Shown one piece after another: positions 58,111-60,651 of a stretch of DNA of 60,651 bases (position 1 is its first letter; each line of letters starts with the position of its first letter). Location of the stretch: the IMG/VR virus record IMGVR_UViG_2690315748_000001, positions 1-60,651 of that record; one strand, 5' to 3'. The stretch comes from a virus (taxonomy: Duplodnaviria; Heunggongvirae; Uroviricota; Caudoviricetes). The notes under the pieces were generated by a model. The model did not search any database. It worked only from the letters and a program-made list of their open reading frames with translations, and was not told the DNA's origin. A program made the translations under genes and the position numbers.

Positions 58111-58419
58111 ATGTTGAAGAAAGTCGTTGATAAATTCCGCAAGCCTAAGTTTGCTAATCTGTCTAGCGAAGAAAAAGTGAAGCATTTCAGTGATAAAGCA
58201 ATTGGTCTGTTTGACCATATGAAGAAGGCGCATGATGAGCTTGAGGGGATTAATAATGAGCTTCTTCTTATCGCAACATCTGAAAGTAAGAAGGCTGAAC
58301 AAGAGATGGAGCGTCATCAACTTGAGATTAAGAAGATTTCTGACAACATGGTTCGCGCACAAGATGAGATAGATATGAATAAAAAATTCCAAGAAAAGCT
58401 TGCTGAGTTCATTCGATAA
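58111..58419 (+). CDS. Hypothetical coiled-coil protein
   Basis: 102 aa, RBS AAAGGGG. Confidence 0.7.
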   Translation: MLKKVVDKFRKPKFANLSSEEKVKHFSDKAIGLFDHMKKAHDELEGINNELLLIATSESKKAEQEMERHQLEIKKISDNMVRAQDEIDMNKKFQEKLAEFIR

Positions 58420-58550
58420 TGTTCTTTGAAGAGGAAGCAAAGTTGATTGTTGGAGCATTTATTGCAGGGGTTCTGACTGGTGTGACTGCAATGATTTATA
58501 TAATGTAATGCTAACATAATATCAAAACAATTTAAGGGAGCGAACAAATT

Positions 58551-60581
58551 ATGAGTAACTACACAGTAATCAACAGCGAGAAAGATCAGTACCCACATTT
58601 CAGCGATACGATCCAAGAGCGCTTTGCAATGTTTGCTGACAAACCGCTTTTCACGACAAATGCAGAAGGATTGTTTGAAGCATTTCTGAATGGTCTTCCA
58701 GTGGAAGCAAGACAACATTACACATGCAATTGTTGCCGACACTTCATTGAGCGTTTTGGTGGACTTGTATCTATGCCTACTGATGATGGAGTATTTACAA
58801 GTGCGTTGTGGAACGATGAAGAAACGCCTGAGTTCTTCAAAAAGTCGGTCAAAGCAATGAAACGAATCGTACTGAAATCCAGAATAACAGGCATCTTCCT
58901 TTCTAGTGAACGTACACTTGGAACGCCAAGCTCTAATGGTTGGAGTCACATGAACGTACAGCTTCCAGCAAGTCGAGTACATCGTGATCGGCTGAAAACT
59001 GCTGGTCAGGCAATGGCAGAGAAGAAAGAAGACTTCCGTATTCTGATCGCTGGTCTGGTTGAATATCCTGTGTCTGCTGTAGAAAAAGCTGTAGCATTGT
59101 TGGAGTCTGAATCTCTGTACCGATCTGATCGAGTTCTTGGTGTAGCTAAATTTGTTCAAGAACTTCATGAAAAGCGTCAAAATGCCAAAGACAGTAGAGT
59201 TCGTGAGAATATTACATGGTTGGCTATAGCAACTGCTCCATCTGGCTTCACTCATATTAAGAGTAGCATGATCGGAACGCTGCTAGATGATATCGTGGCT
59301 GGTTACCCAACCGATTCAATTGCACGTCGATTTGCGGAGAAGATGAATCCAGCCAACTACATGAGATCGCAATCCGCACCATCTCAAGGTAATATCGAAC
59401 AAGCTGAGAAGATCGTTGAGAAACTTGGCATTGCAAGCTCTCTGGTACGCCGATACGCACAGATAAGCGAAGTACCGCTTACTTGGAAAAGTAAAGAAGC
59501 TGTTGTGAAACATGGTAAAAAGACTGGCGGTGTATTCGCTAATATAGCACCAAAACAACAAAACGGAGTAGCTACTAGCGACATGGTTGAACTGACTAAC
59601 ACAGTGATGACATGGGAGAAATTCCAACGTACAGTGCTGCCTACAGCACAAAACCTTGAAGTTATGGTTGATAACCCTAATCGCTTTATGGCATTGGTTA
59701 CGGCTTCCGACGATACAGCACCTAACATTCTGCAATGGGATAACACATTCTCTTGGTATTACCACGGCGGCATTGATGGTGAAATCAAGCGCCGTGTAGA
59801 AAGTGCTGGCGGTCAATATGAGAACAATGAAATTCGTTGTTCATTGATTTGGGAAGGCTACACTGACCTTGATCTGCATTGTGTAACACCTAACGGTCAT
59901 CACATCCACTACGCAAACAAGCGTGGGGATAATGGTTGGTTGGATATTGATATGAACGCTGGCGGTCATAGAGATAATTCTCCAGTTGAGAATATCAGAT
60001 GGAACCAAGGCGAAGCTAAAAACGGAAAATATCAGTTCTACGTTCATAATTTTACTGAGCGCGGCAAAGGAAGCACACCATTCAAGGTAGAGCTTGAAGT
60101 TAATGGTAAGGTTTATACAACACATGGGACGCTCTACGATAGTCAAAAACATGTTGCATTCGGATTTATTTACATTAAAGGTCAAGACCCTATCATGACT
60201 GTACCTTCAACATATACTTCCGAAGACACTTGGAGTGCATCCAGAAATAGCTTTGTCAAAGTCAATGGAATCACAAACTCTCCTAACCAATGGGGAGAAA
60301 ACAAAGCAGAACACGTTGGTCATCACATCTTCTTCCTTTTGGATGGAGTACAGGATAGTTCGGAAGGCAAGGGTAGAGGATTCTTCACTGAAACCTTGAA
60401 ACCTGAGCTTCGAGAAATCCGCAAGACGCTTGAAGCATATACAGCGAACACACCAATCGAGGGTGTCGATGAAGCTACAGCATGTGGTGTAGGTTACTCA
60501 AAAGATAGCGAATGGAATCTGGTTGTAAAAGTGACTACTGATAACTCCACACGACTCATCAAGATTGATCGTTGGGACTAG
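58551..60581 (+). CDS. Large conserved phage protein with YfaP/DUF2135-like domain
   Basis: N-terminal RQHYTCNCCRHF; C-terminal SLIWEGYTDLDLHCVTPNG...LDIDMNAGG...PVENI. Confidence 0.7.
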   Translation: MSNYTVINSEKDQYPHFSDTIQERFAMFADKPLFTTNAEGLFEAFLNGLPVEARQHYTCNCCRHFIERFGGLVSMPTDDGVFTSALWNDEETPEFFKKSVKAMKRIVLKSRITGIFLSSERTLGTPSSNGWSHMNVQLPASRVHRDRLKTAGQAMAEKKEDFRILIAGLVEYPVSAVEKAVALLESESLYRSDRVLGVAKFVQELHEKRQNAKDSRVRENITWLAIATAPSGFTHIKSSMIGTLLDDIVAGYPTDSIARRFAEKMNPANYMRSQSAPSQGNIEQAEKIVEKLGIASSLVRRYAQISEVPLTWKSKEAVVKHGKKTGGVFANIAPKQQNGVATSDMVELTNTVMTWEKFQRTVLPTAQNLEVMVDNPNRFMALVTASDDTAPNILQWDNTFSWYYHGGIDGEIKRRVESAGGQYENNEIRCSLIWEGYTDLDLHCVTPNGHHIHYANKRGDNGWLDIDMNAGGHRDNSPVENIRWNQGEAKNGKYQFYVHNFTERGKGSTPFKVELEVNGKVYTTHGTLYDSQKHVAFGFIYIKGQDPIMTVPSTYTSEDTWSASRNSFVKVNGITNSPNQWGENKAEHVGHHIFFLLDGVQDSSEGKGRGFFTETLKPELREIRKTLEAYTANTPIEGVDEATACGVGYSKDSEWNLVVKVTTDNSTRLIKIDRWD

Positions 60582-60651
60582 GCAAAACGCGAACTATTAT
60601 AAACTAACTAAAAAAACTTTCCTAAAGGGGATATAAAAATGAAAATTGTTA

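Noticed and set aside
58317-60185. Minus-strand ORFs such as 58317-59255
   Set aside because: Shadows of the 676-aa gene; Ser/Cys-rich composition typical of antisense frames
1-60651. tRNA, rRNA, group I/II introns, inteins, IS elements
   Set aside because: No cloverleaf, LAGLIDADG/HNH, Hint or transposase signatures recognised by eye; a tRNAscan/Rfam run would be needed to exclude them formally

Overview
This window is a 60.6-kb internal part of a large SPbeta-like temperate siphophage of a Bacillota (probably Bacillales) host. No host housekeeping genes, rRNA, tRNA or CRISPR array were seen. (1) 1-25.7 kb, minus strand: morphogenesis and late arm, with tape measure (broken by frameshifts near the window start), tyrosine recombinase, tail tube, head-tail genes, major capsid, protease/scaffold, portal, terminase, YonJ/YonK-like genes, HU, a sigma4-like/Zn-finger protein and RecD2. 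(2) 25.9-32.2 kb: a plasmid-type maintenance module with a tyrosine recombinase, an AT-rich origin-like inverted repeat, two HTH Rep-like proteins, a ParM-like actin, a ParR-like adaptor and phased TTTAAA arrays. (3) About 1 kb non-coding with a G-free C/A tract, then an ECF-sigma-like gene and about 17 kb of small + strand ORFs preceded by 18-20 copies of one promoter motif, GTG(T/G)GA-N16-TATAAC. (4) 50.5-54.4 kb: an SPbeta-like lysogeny block (DUF262/ParB-like protein, MrpR/YopR-like inactive recombinase repressor, XRE regulator) with no arbitrium genes in the expected slot. (5) 55.6-60.6 kb: SSB-like protein, AAA_24/Sak4-like NTPase and a YfaP-domain protein. Best leads: the phage-sigma/promoter-array regulon, a genome-wide 14-bp operator-like box (GCCGAAGAAAGTAC), a twin stem-loop RNA with anti-Shine-Dalgarno-like loops, cassette-like gene junctions, and an actin-partitioned episomal lifestyle. 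All protein family calls come from motif recognition by eye and synteny; no database search was run.
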